From positions 9,310 to 73,309 of the forward strand of contig NZ_CAUVME010000009.1 in the NCBI RefSeq assembly GCF_963553175.1: a stretch of DNA of 64,000 nucleotides, given 5' to 3'. The position numbers and the translations under genes were made by a program. Origin of the DNA: Oribacterium sinus. GTDB taxonomy: Bacteria; Bacillota; Clostridia; Lachnospirales; Lachnospiraceae. Shown here piece after piece: positions 39,760-48,904 of this stretch. Numbering within the stretch: position 1 is the stretch's first letter; each line of letters starts with the position of its first letter. The notes beneath the pieces were generated by a model. The model was given only the letters and a program-made list of their open reading frames with translations. It was not told the DNA's origin and searched no databases.

Positions 39760-40524
39760 ATGGCGATTTTAGAAATGAAAAATATACGAAAGGCATTTTC
39801 CGGGGAGGAAATCCTGAAAGGGATTTCTCTGTCCTGTAAGGAGGGCGAGGTGCTCAGCATTATCGGCCCCTCCGGCTCCGGAAAGTCCACATTGCTTCGC
39901 ATTGCCACCCTCCTGGAGAAGGCGGAGGGAGGAGAGCTTTTCTATGACGGAAAAGTGATTTTTTCTTTGACGGAAGGGCAAAAGAAGCAGGCTACGAAGG
40001 AAGAAAAGGAAGAGGCCAAGAAGCTTTTCGGCCTGGTGTTTCAGAATTTCAATCTTTTTCCCCATTGGACGGTTTTGAAAAATGTGATAGATCCCCTGAT
40101 TCACGTGCAGAGGAAAAGCAGGGAAGAGGCGGAAGAAAAAGCCAAATCGGTGCTTTCCCAAATGGGGCTTTTGGAAAAGGCGGAGCAGTATCCCTATTCC
40201 CTTTCCGGCGGCCAAAAGCAAAGAGTGGCCATTGCCAGAGCCCTTGCCTTAGAGCCGAAGATTTTGTTTTTTGATGAGCCTACCTCTGCACTTGATCCGG
40301 AGCTAACGGGAGAAGTGCTTTCCGTGATTCGATCTCTAAAGGGACAGAAGATGGCGATGGTGATTGTTACCCATGAAATGACCTTTGCCAGAGATATTTC
40401 AGACCGGATTCTTTTTATGGCGGATGGAGAAGTGATCTGCGAAGGAAGTCCGGAAGAGGTCTTTTCTTCGGAGCAGGAAAGAATGAAAAGCTTCCTGGGA
40501 AATTATCAGAATCTTCTTTCCTAA
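39760..40524 (+). CDS. Polar amino acid ABC transporter ATP-binding protein
   Basis: GPSGSGKST, LSGGQKQR, FDEPTSALDPE. Confidence 0.95.
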   Translation: MAILEMKNIRKAFSGEEILKGISLSCKEGEVLSIIGPSGSGKSTLLRIATLLEKAEGGELFYDGKVIFSLTEGQKKQATKEEKEEAKKLFGLVFQNFNLFPHWTVLKNVIDPLIHVQRKSREEAEEKAKSVLSQMGLLEKAEQYPYSLSGGQKQRVAIARALALEPKILFFDEPTSALDPELTGEVLSVIRSLKGQKMAMVIVTHEMTFARDISDRILFMADGEVICEGSPEEVFSSEQERMKSFLGNYQNLLS

Positions 40525-40650
40525 GAGCTACTCTTAAAAGAAATAGAATGGGGAAAGTAAGAATATCGTAACTTTTTTTCGCTGTTTTTTGAATTTATCG
40601 AAAGCAAAAAGGCAGAAAAATAGCTTGGCAATGTGTAAAAGTGTAATTTT

Positions 40651-40709
40651 TGTGGATAAGTCCTCTTAAAATCCCATTTTTGGGAAAATGTACAAAGGAC
40701 TTATCCACA
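40651..40709. promoter_or_regulatory. Inverted pair of perfect DnaA boxes
   Basis: TGTGGATAA (40651-40659) and TTATCCACA (40701-40709) within a 14-bp inverted repeat. Confidence 0.6.
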
Positions 40710-40929
40710 TTTTTGTCGAAATGGATGAATTGCTGTTTCGAAAGCGAAAGGAATGAAAACTTGCTTCTTGATGTTCTATTCCCTATTCCTTTGAATGAAA
40801 AAATTGAGTCAAGGGAAGAATGAGAAATCCGGGATTAGGCGGAGGAAGCTCTTTCCAAGACAAAAGAACTAGGCTACAATATGGGGCAGAAAGTTTTGGG
40901 AAAAGAGCGGAAGAAGGGATTTTACTGTA

Positions 40930-42036
40930 ATGGGGAAGAAAAAAGGAGAAAAGCCGGAAGGGGAAGAAGCATTTGTTAAGAAAGAAAAAGGCTTAGCAAA
41001 AAAAGCGGAAAAGAAGGCGGAGAAAAAGCGGCAAAGGCAGGAAAGAGAGCAGGCTCTGGAGGCAAGGATTGCGGCTTTAGAAATGGCTTTACAGGAAAAA
41101 CAAGAGAGAACAAGAGAAACGAACTTCGAAGAAAAGAGCGTAAAAGAAGCGGGTGAAACGCTGCAGGAAGCTTCGGAAGAATATACGGAACAAGAGCAGG
41201 AAGCTTTAGAAAAGGAGAACCCGGGTAATGCAAAAGAGGAAGCCTTAGAAGAGGAGAATTTGAATGCTTCGGAAGAGGAAAAATCGATTCATTCAGAAGA
41301 ATCGGAGACCGTTGTTATTGAAGAAGCTTCCGAAAGGAAAGGGATACCGGTCTTTGTAGAGGCTCGTTCTTCCTTCTTTTCTCCGGCCCTTCCTTCCTCC
41401 GGAGCAATCAAGGAATTTTTGCAGGCACCGAAGCTTTTACGGGGAGAAATCCGGGAGTACCTGGCGGATCCGGAAGAGGCCATGCTGAAGGAGAAGGAAA
41501 AGACAGGACATAAAAGTACCTCTCTGCTTTTTACCATCAGCTTGCTTCTGATGTTTTTCATCGGCTTATACCTTTCCAACGGAAATCCGGCAGCTTCTCT
41601 TCAATTTTCCCTGCTCTATGCCTTAAGCTTTTTGCTCTTACCCTTCTTCCTCCTTTTATTCTTTGCAGAGGGAAGAAGCTTTTCCTCCTTGTTTTATCTC
41701 TTTACCAGGGGAAGATTGGCGCTCTACCTTTTAGCAAGTCTATCCTTCTTTTCCCTGCTTTTGGGCTTTCCCCTATTTTCCTTGTTTCTGTTTCTTTTGG
41801 GCATACCCTTGGGCATTGTATTGGACTATACAGCCCTGAAAATAGAGTACGGTCAAAGCGGAAAGGTGCTGAAAATCTGCTTTTTATACAGTATTTTCGC
41901 CCTAAGCCTCTTCCTCTTTTTCGGCTTCTGTTTTGTGGGCTTCAGTCTGCTAAATTATATTCTGGGGCGTTTATGGGAAGGAAATCTGAACCTGAAAGGA
42001 TTTTTAGAGTTTTTGCTTTCTCATTTTCCGGAATAA
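40930..42036 (+). CDS. Hypothetical membrane protein (charged N-terminal half, about 5 C-terminal TMs)
   Basis: E/K-rich coiled-coil N-terminus and hydrophobic C-terminus; family not recognised. Confidence 0.7.
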   Translation: MGKKKGEKPEGEEAFVKKEKGLAKKAEKKAEKKRQRQEREQALEARIAALEMALQEKQERTRETNFEEKSVKEAGETLQEASEEYTEQEQEALEKENPGNAKEEALEEENLNASEEEKSIHSEESETVVIEEASERKGIPVFVEARSSFFSPALPSSGAIKEFLQAPKLLRGEIREYLADPEEAMLKEKEKTGHKSTSLLFTISLLLMFFIGLYLSNGNPAASLQFSLLYALSFLLLPFFLLLFFAEGRSFSSLFYLFTRGRLALYLLASLSFFSLLLGFPLFSLFLFLLGIPLGIVLDYTALKIEYGQSGKVLKICFLYSIFALSLFLFFGFCFVGFSLLNYILGRLWEGNLNLKGFLEFLLSHFPE

Positions 42037-42157
42037 AATCCGATATTTCTTTTGCAGGAGAAAGGGATTGATTTTTCATTATTAAATTCATTCTTTTTAA
42101 GTGTAAATTCCGGCAGGAATCTTTTGCGTACAGGAAGATGAAATAAAGCAAGGAACT

Positions 42158-42211
42158 GACTTGTCACCGTATTCTTTCTTCCCTATAATGGGAGAGTACA
42201 TGTGACAAGTC
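42158..42211 (+). promoter_or_regulatory. Promoter of the BMP/yjjI operon flanked by a 10-bp inverted repeat
   Basis: TTGTCA (42161), 17 bp, TATAAT (42184); GACTTGTCAC (42158-42167) and GTGACAAGTC (42202-42211). Confidence 0.65.
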
Positions 42212-42281
42212 TTTTATTATTTGCCAAGGGATTCGGAGGAAAACGGCGAATAGAAAAGACTTCATCTAAGGAGGACGAGAA

Positions 42282-43412
42282 ATGAAGAAAAGAATCTTTG
42301 CGGCATTCCTGGCTTTGACCATGGCGTTCAGCTTAGCGGCTTGCGGTGCTTCCGGCGGAGAGAAGAAAGAAAGTGCAAAGTCTACCGAGCAGGGTTCCGA
42401 GAAGGGTACAGAGGCAGGTTCCGAGAAGGCGGAGGAGAGCAAGGCGGAAAAGAAGGATGCTTCTTCCGGCAAGGGTCTGAAGGTTGGTATTGTTACCGAC
42501 GTAGGAGGAGTAAATGACGGTTCCTTCAACCAGTCTGCTTGGGAAGGATTACAGAGAGCACAGAAGGAGCTTGGTATCGAGGCAAAGTATCTGGAGTCTA
42601 AGACCGATGCGGACTATAAGCCCAATATCGAGACCTTTGTGGATGAGGACTATGATTTAATTATTTGTATCGGTTATGCTTTGGCAGATGCTTTAAAGGC
42701 AGAGTCCGCTTCCAACCCGGATGTAAAGTTTGCCATCGTGGATGATGCTTCCTTAGCGGATGTTTCCAATGTTACTTCCCTGATGTTCGAGCAGGCACAG
42801 GTTTCTTACCTTGCAGGATATGTAGCAGGAAAGACCACCAAGAAGAATACTGTAGGTATCGTTTTGGGTATGGCAACCGACATGATGAACCAGTTCGGAT
42901 ACGGCTATACAGCAGGTGTTTTGGATGCCAATGCCAATGCTAAGGTTTTACAGGCCAATGCCAACTCCTTTGCAGATACTGCAGCAGGAAAGACCGCAGC
43001 AAACAATATGGTAACCAATGGAGCTGATGTTATTTTCCAGGTAGCCGGCGGAACCGGACTGGGCGTAATCGATGCTTGTAAGGAAGCTAAAATCTGGGCT
43101 ATCGGTGTAGACAGTGATCAGAGCTCTATCGCTCCTGAGACCATTTTGACCTCTGCTATGAAGAGAGTGGACAATGCGGTATTTGATGTAAGCAAGGAAT
43201 TGGTGGAAGGCAACATCAAGGGCGGTGTAAAGACCTATACTTTGGCTGATGAAGGTGTAGACCTTGCTCCCGGTACGGAGAACATTGATCCTGCAGTGGT
43301 TAAAGAAGTAGAAGAAATAAAGAAGAAGATTGTTTCCGGCGAGCTGAAGGTGCCAAACAACAAGGCAGACTTTGAAGCAAAGTACGGAGATGTTTACGAG
43401 TTAGACAACTAA
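42282..43412 (+). CDS. BMP family lipoprotein (nucleoside ABC substrate-binding, PnrA/NupN-like)
   Basis: Lipobox LAAC; DVGGVNDGSFNQSAWEG, AIGVDSDQ, TSAMKRVD. Confidence 0.93.
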   Translation: MKKRIFAAFLALTMAFSLAACGASGGEKKESAKSTEQGSEKGTEAGSEKAEESKAEKKDASSGKGLKVGIVTDVGGVNDGSFNQSAWEGLQRAQKELGIEAKYLESKTDADYKPNIETFVDEDYDLIICIGYALADALKAESASNPDVKFAIVDDASLADVSNVTSLMFEQAQVSYLAGYVAGKTTKKNTVGIVLGMATDMMNQFGYGYTAGVLDANANAKVLQANANSFADTAAGKTAANNMVTNGADVIFQVAGGTGLGVIDACKEAKIWAIGVDSDQSSIAPETILTSAMKRVDNAVFDVSKELVEGNIKGGVKTYTLADEGVDLAPGTENIDPAVVKEVEEIKKKIVSGELKVPNNKADFEAKYGDVYELDN

Positions 43413-43482
43413 GTACAGAGAAAATACTACAGGGATGTGAATTTTCTGAAAGAGTAAGACAGGGGAATAGAAAGGACAGAAA

Positions 43483-45030
43483 ATGAAAGAAATATCCATG
43501 GAAAAAGTTGAAGCGGCTCGGCAGGCTATGCTGGAAACAGTAAAGTCAAAGAGCTTGACCCACGAGCAGAAAGTAGCCACAATGGCCAATCATGCGGACT
43601 CCCTTCTCTCTGTTCTGGACCTTCCCGAAGGACTTTTGGAAGTTTTACGTTGTGAGCCGGAGAAGCAGTGCATTTGCGACCTTTTCGAAGGAAATGCTCC
43701 TATGCGTCCCCGCTATATCATCCCGGATTATGAGAAATTCTTTCGGGAGGGCTCCGCTTTCTTGCAGGTAGAGCCTCCCAAGGATTTGTACGAAGCCATT
43801 AACGCTTTGCAAATCTTTTATAAGCATGTTCCATCCGTAACCAATTATCCGGTTTATGTAGGACAGCTGGACACCCTGCTTGATCCCTTTGTGCAGGATA
43901 TGGACGAAGAGCTTGCCTTCAAAATGATTAAGCTTTTCTGTATCCAGATGGACAGAACGATTCTGGACTCCTTCGCCCATGCCAACATTGGCCCCAAGGC
44001 TACCAAGGCCGGAAGACTTTTGCTTCGGGCTATGGAGGAAACCAAGGATGCAGTCCCGAATCTTACCTTGAAATATGATGAGGAGCTTACCGAGGATGAC
44101 TTTGCCATTGAAGCCATTCGCTGTGCTATGGCCAGTGCCAAGCCAAGCTTTTGCAACCACCGGATGTATTCCAAGGATTTTTCCGGAAATTATGTGATTG
44201 CTTCTTGCTACAACGGCTTGGCATACGGAGGGGGAGCCTATACCCTTGTTCGCCTGATCTTAAGTAATATTGCCAAGAGGGCCAAGGACAGAAAGGATTT
44301 TCTGGAGAAAGAGCTTCCCTATATCATGGATCTCTGTGTGCGCTATATGGATGAGCGAATTCGTTTTATCGTGGAAGAGTCCGGATTTTTCGAGAATAAC
44401 TTCCTGGCGAAAGAAGGCTTTATCCATAGAGACCGTTTTTCCGCTATGTTCGGCTTGGTGGGACTTGCCGAGGCGGTCAATATTCTTCTGGAAAAGGAAG
44501 GAAAGGGTGATTGTCGCTTTGGCCACAGCAAGGAGGCAACGGAGCTGGGAGTAGAGATTATGGATTGTATCTCTGCCTTTAATGAAGCCCACAAGAATCC
44601 TTATTGTGAGGTCAGCAACGGACATTTCCTCCTCCATGCCCAGGTAGGTATCTCCACAGATGTGGAAATCAGCCCGGGAACCAGAATTCCCATCGGAGAG
44701 GAGCCGGAGAATCTGGCAGACCAAATGGAAGTTCTGTCTCATTTCCACCATTACTTCCCCTCCGGAACGGGAGACCTTTTCCCCATTGACAGAACCATTC
44801 ACCAAAACCCGGAGTATGTTTTGGATATCATGAAGGGGGCATTCCAAAAGAACCTTCGTTACCTTTCCTTCTATTCCAACGATTCCGACGTGATTCGTAT
44901 TACCGGATATCTGGTGAAGAAATCCGAGATGGATAAGCTGAAGCAGGGGAAGAGTGTTTTGCAGGACACCGTGGCCTTAGGTCTGGGTGCTGCTGAAAAC
45001 GGAAAGATTCTGGAACGTAAGGTTCGATAA
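43483..45030 (+). CDS. yjjI: YjjI family glycyl radical enzyme
   Basis: ICDLFEGNAPMRPRYIIPDY, HVPSVT, SCYNGL, PGTRIPIGEEP; glycyl radical loop RITGYLVK. Confidence 0.92.
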   Translation: MKEISMEKVEAARQAMLETVKSKSLTHEQKVATMANHADSLLSVLDLPEGLLEVLRCEPEKQCICDLFEGNAPMRPRYIIPDYEKFFREGSAFLQVEPPKDLYEAINALQIFYKHVPSVTNYPVYVGQLDTLLDPFVQDMDEELAFKMIKLFCIQMDRTILDSFAHANIGPKATKAGRLLLRAMEETKDAVPNLTLKYDEELTEDDFAIEAIRCAMASAKPSFCNHRMYSKDFSGNYVIASCYNGLAYGGGAYTLVRLILSNIAKRAKDRKDFLEKELPYIMDLCVRYMDERIRFIVEESGFFENNFLAKEGFIHRDRFSAMFGLVGLAEAVNILLEKEGKGDCRFGHSKEATELGVEIMDCISAFNEAHKNPYCEVSNGHFLLHAQVGISTDVEISPGTRIPIGEEPENLADQMEVLSHFHHYFPSGTGDLFPIDRTIHQNPEYVLDIMKGAFQKNLRYLSFYSNDSDVIRITGYLVKKSEMDKLKQGKSVLQDTVALGLGAAENGKILERKVR

Positions 45031-45061
45031 TAGTATTCAAGGATTGTATTATGTTTTTACG

Positions 45062-45094
45062 AAAGAGGAGGCGTGTTCAAGCTTCCTCTTTTTC
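45062..45094 (+). terminator. Hairpin plus T-run between yjjI and yjjW
   Basis: AAAGAGGAGGC-GTGTTCAA-GCTTCCTCTTTTT. Confidence 0.55.
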
Positions 45095-45260
45095 GTTATA
45101 CTGGGAGAAGATATTTTCGGCTTTGCCGGAAAGAGTAGGATTAGGGAGCATTACATCCCCCAGAGGGAAGTGGAATGAAGGAGATTGTACCTCGCAGAGG
45201 ATAGTAGAATTAGGGAGTTTACATTCCGCAAAGGATAGTAGAATTGAGGAATTTCGTACC

Positions 45261-46205
45261 ATGCAAGAATTAGCAGTAAAGAAAGAGCAGCAAGAAAATA
45301 TAGAAAAGCAAGAAAATATAGAAAAACCGGAAATCAGAGCTGACCGGGGACAGGCAGAAATCAAAGTCCCGGTAAACAAGATTATCCCCTTCAGCTCTGT
45401 GGACGGTCCGGGAAATCGAACCGCAATATTTTTACAGGCCTGCAATCTGGACTGTAAGTATTGCCATAATCCGGAAACCAGAGCCCTGTGTATTCACTGC
45501 GGAGACTGCATTCCGGGCTGTCCCACCAAGGCCATTTATTGGGAAGAAGGAAGGATAGCCTTTTCTCCGGAAAAATGTATCGGCTGTGACCAATGTATTC
45601 ATGCTTGCACACACAATGCCAGCCCCAGAATCCGCCGGATGAGTGCGAAGGAGGTGTTTCAGGAGGCTTCCAAGAACCTTCCCTTTATCCGGGGAATCAC
45701 CGTGTCCGGGGGAGAGTGTACCCTTTATCCGGAATTCTTACGAGAATTGGGAATGCTCTGTAAAAAGAGGGGCATAGGATTTTTACTGGATTCCAACGGC
45801 TATTATGATTTTTCCAAGGACGAAAAAGATTTATTGCCTTACATTGACGGGGTGATGTTGGATATTAAAGCCTATAATGGGGAAGAGCATAAAAGGGTTA
45901 CCGGGTTTTCCAATGAGAAAATTCTAAAAAATATGCGAATTTTAGCAGAATATGATAAACTCTTTGAGGTAAGGACGGTAGTGGTACCGGGACTTTTTTC
46001 CGGAAAGGATACGGTGGAGAAGGTATCCAAGGACTTGTCTCCTTATGTAAGGAATGGACAGAAAATCCGCTATAAAATCATTGCCTACCGGGAGTTTGGG
46101 GTACGGGAGCAATATAGGCAGTTTGAGAGTCCCGGTGAGGAAGAACTAAAGGCTTTGAAGGAGCTGGCCAAACAGGAAGGGATGCAGGACATACTCTTGA
46201 TTTAA
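45261..46205 (+). CDS. yjjW: YjjW family glycyl radical activating enzyme (radical SAM)
   Basis: KIIPFSSVDGPGNR, CNLDCKYCHNPET (CxxxCxxC), two ferredoxin CxxCxxCxxxC motifs, GITVSGGE; start moved to ATG 45261 (GAGG RBS). Confidence 0.92.
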   Translation: MQELAVKKEQQENIEKQENIEKPEIRADRGQAEIKVPVNKIIPFSSVDGPGNRTAIFLQACNLDCKYCHNPETRALCIHCGDCIPGCPTKAIYWEEGRIAFSPEKCIGCDQCIHACTHNASPRIRRMSAKEVFQEASKNLPFIRGITVSGGECTLYPEFLRELGMLCKKRGIGFLLDSNGYYDFSKDEKDLLPYIDGVMLDIKAYNGEEHKRVTGFSNEKILKNMRILAEYDKLFEVRTVVVPGLFSGKDTVEKVSKDLSPYVRNGQKIRYKIIAYREFGVREQYRQFESPGEEELKALKELAKQEGMQDILLI

Positions 46206-46247
46206 TTAGGAATTTAAGGGAAATCGAGGAAGGAGAGCATTTGGAAG

Positions 46248-47828
46248 ATGGGAAGAGATGAAGAGACAAAGGCATGGGAAGGGACTCCGAATGCTACAGC
46301 TGAAGACGGGAAAGCACAGGAACCTGTTATTGAAATGCGAGACATTGTGAAGCGCTTTGGAGATTTCGTGGCCAATGACCATGTGCAATTAAAGCTTCAT
46401 AAGGGAGAAGTTCTTGCGATTTTAGGAGAAAACGGAGCAGGAAAGTCCACCCTGATGAATATCCTCTACGGCATGCTTCGCCCAAGCTCCGGAGAAATTC
46501 TGGTTCGTGGACAAAAGGTAGAGATGGACAGCCCGGAAAAGGCTATTTCCTTGGGAATCGGTATGGTGCATCAGCACTTTATGTTGATTCCTCCCTTTAC
46601 CGTTGCGGAAAATATTATTCTGGGAGCGGAGCCCATGCAGGGGCTTACCGTGGATTTAAACGGAGCGAAGAAAAAGATTCGGGAGCTTTCCGAACAGTAC
46701 CATTTGATGGTGGATGTGGATGCCAAGGTGGAAGACATCAGCGTGGGCATGCAGCAAAGAGTGGAGATTCTGAAGGTTTTGTACCGTGGTGCGGACATTT
46801 TGATTTTAGACGAGCCTACCGCCTCCCTTACTCCTCAGGAAATTGATGAGTTAATGGAAATTATTTCCCATTTGACCAAGGCCGGAAAGTCCATCCTGAT
46901 TATTACCCACAAATTAAAGGAAATCAAATGCATTGCCCATAAATGTATGATTATCCGACAGGGAAAGTACATTGATACCGTGGATGTATGTTCCTGCTCG
47001 GAGGACGATTTGGCAGCCATGATGGTGGGAAGAAAAGTGAATCGAGTAGTGGAAAAGAAGGCTCAGGAGCCGGGGGAAGTGGTGCTTTCTGTGAAAAATC
47101 TCCATGCCAAGGACTATAGAGGGGTGGAAATCCTAAAGGGGCTAAATCTGGAGGTAAGAGCCGGAGAAATTCTGGGACTTGCCGGTATTGACGGAAACGG
47201 CCAATCGGAGCTTGTGGAAATCTTAACCGGACTGGCTCATGCTACAGAGGGAGAAATTCAGCTTTTAGGAAAGGATATTTCCTGCAAAAGCCCCAGAGAA
47301 ATCTTTGATGCAGGCCTTTCCAGCATTCCGGAGGATCGGCAGAAGCACGGTTTGGTACTGGACTTCTCCGTAGCGGAGAACCTGATTTTACAAAATTACG
47401 GAGAAGCGCCCTACTCTAAGGGAGGAATTTTACAGAAGAAGGCTATTGAAGAGCATGCCTCCAGGATGATTGAGAAATTTGACATTCGTCCGAAGGGCTG
47501 CGAAAGCCGTGCAGCAGGACAGCTTTCCGGCGGAAATCAGCAGAAGGTGATTATTGCCAGAGAGGTGGAAAATGACAAGTCGCTCCTCATTGCCTTTAAC
47601 CCCACCAGAGGTTTGGATGTGGGAGCCATTGAGTTTGTGCATAAATATCTGGTGGAACAAAGAAATAAGGGCAGGGGAATTCTCTTGATTTCCTTTGAGT
47701 TGGAGGAGGTTATGGGCTTGTCCGATAGAATCGGCGTTATTTTCTCCGGAAATATTCAGAAGAGCTTCGCCGGAAATGAGGCGGATGAATATACCTTAGG
47801 ACTATATATGGCAGGAGGAAAGGAATAA
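46248..47828 (+). CDS. Nucleoside/sugar (CUT2) ABC transporter ATP-binding protein, NupA/YufO-like
   Basis: GENGAGKST, GIGMVHQHF, LSGGNQQK, PTRGLDVGA. Confidence 0.94.
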   Translation: MGRDEETKAWEGTPNATAEDGKAQEPVIEMRDIVKRFGDFVANDHVQLKLHKGEVLAILGENGAGKSTLMNILYGMLRPSSGEILVRGQKVEMDSPEKAISLGIGMVHQHFMLIPPFTVAENIILGAEPMQGLTVDLNGAKKKIRELSEQYHLMVDVDAKVEDISVGMQQRVEILKVLYRGADILILDEPTASLTPQEIDELMEIISHLTKAGKSILIITHKLKEIKCIAHKCMIIRQGKYIDTVDVCSCSEDDLAAMMVGRKVNRVVEKKAQEPGEVVLSVKNLHAKDYRGVEILKGLNLEVRAGEILGLAGIDGNGQSELVEILTGLAHATEGEIQLLGKDISCKSPREIFDAGLSSIPEDRQKHGLVLDFSVAENLILQNYGEAPYSKGGILQKKAIEEHASRMIEKFDIRPKGCESRAAGQLSGGNQQKVIIAREVENDKSLLIAFNPTRGLDVGAIEFVHKYLVEQRNKGRGILLISFELEEVMGLSDRIGVIFSGNIQKSFAGNEADEYTLGLYMAGGKE

Positions 47829-47830
47829 GT

Positions 47831-48904
47831 ATGAAAGAGAAAATATTAAAGAGTTCCTTGCTTTACACCCTTCTTTCCATCGCCATCGGCTTTTTGGTAG
47901 GGGCTGTTTTATTGCAGGCCATCGGGGTTTCTCCGGTGAAGGCCTACGGAAAATTGTATCAGGGTGTTTTTGGTAAGCCTAAGTTTATGTTTTACAGCAT
48001 CATTTACGGAGCACCCCTGATTTTCACAGGTCTGTCCGTTGCTTTCTCCTTCCGTACCGGAATTTTTAATATCGGCGCAGAGGGCCAGTTTGTGATGGGC
48101 AGTCTGGCAGCTGTTGTGGTGGGTATTTTATTTCCTTTGCCTGCGCCCCTCCATGTGCTTCTCTGCCTTGTGGTAGCGGCTCTTGCCGGCGCTTTTTGGG
48201 GCTTTTTGGTAGGCCTTCTCAAGGTGAAAAAGGGTATCAATGAGGTGCTTTCCTATATTATGTTTAACTGGATTGCTTTCTATTTTTCCAACTATGTGGT
48301 GAATTTAAAGACGATTCATACCGACCAGGGAGCAGAGGCCAGTAAGAATATTTTAGCGACCGCCTCCATGAAGATTCCCCAGGCTTTGATCCCCTTTGCG
48401 GGAGGAGCGGAGCTTCATGCCGGCGTACCCTTGGCTTTGCTTTTTGCCTTTCTGATCTGGTTCATTCTGAGCAAAACCACTTTTGGCTATCAGCTTCGGG
48501 CGGTGGGCTATTCCCGCAGTGCTGCGGAGTATGGGGGAATCAATTCCAAGAGAGTTTTCCTTTTGTCTATGTCCTTATCCGGTGTTCTGGCAGGTCTTGG
48601 GGGAGCAGTGCAAATCCTGGGTATGTCTGAGCGTGTCTCCATGTTTGCCGCCCAGGAGGGCTATGGCTTCCAGGGCATTACGGTGGCGCTGATTGGAGGA
48701 ACCCATCCCCTTGGCTGCATTTTCTCCGGTCTTTTCTATGGCGCCATGAAGTATGGCGGAAACAAATTAACAACGGTGGATGTTCCTGCAGAAGTGGTAA
48801 GCATTATCATGGGAACCATCATCATTTTCATCGCCATAACGCCGGTGATTAAAAATCTGGTACAGAGAGGATTCCAAAAGAAGGGAGAGAGCCATGCTGA
48901 ATGA
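47831..48904 (+). CDS. Nucleoside ABC transporter permease (NupB-like)
   Basis: GIFNIGAEGQ, NEVLS.IMFNWIA, GYGFQGITVAL. Confidence 0.92.
   Translation: MKEKILKSSLLYTLLSIAIGFLVGAVLLQAIGVSPVKAYGKLYQGVFGKPKFMFYSIIYGAPLIFTGLSVAFSFRTGIFNIGAEGQFVMGSLAAVVVGILFPLPAPLHVLLCLVVAALAGAFWGFLVGLLKVKKGINEVLSYIMFNWIAFYFSNYVVNLKTIHTDQGAEASKNILATASMKIPQALIPFAGGAELHAGVPLALLFAFLIWFILSKTTFGYQLRAVGYSRSAAEYGGINSKRVFLLSMSLSGVLAGLGGAVQILGMSERVSMFAAQEGYGFQGITVALIGGTHPLGCIFSGLFYGAMKYGGNKLTTVDVPAEVVSIIMGTIIIFIAITPVIKNLVQRGFQKKGESHAE

Noticed and set aside
45051..45260. 70-aa N-terminal extension of YjjW given by the ORF track
   Set aside because: It overlaps a terminator-like hairpin and does not resemble the activase; a better RBS and ATG lie at 45261.
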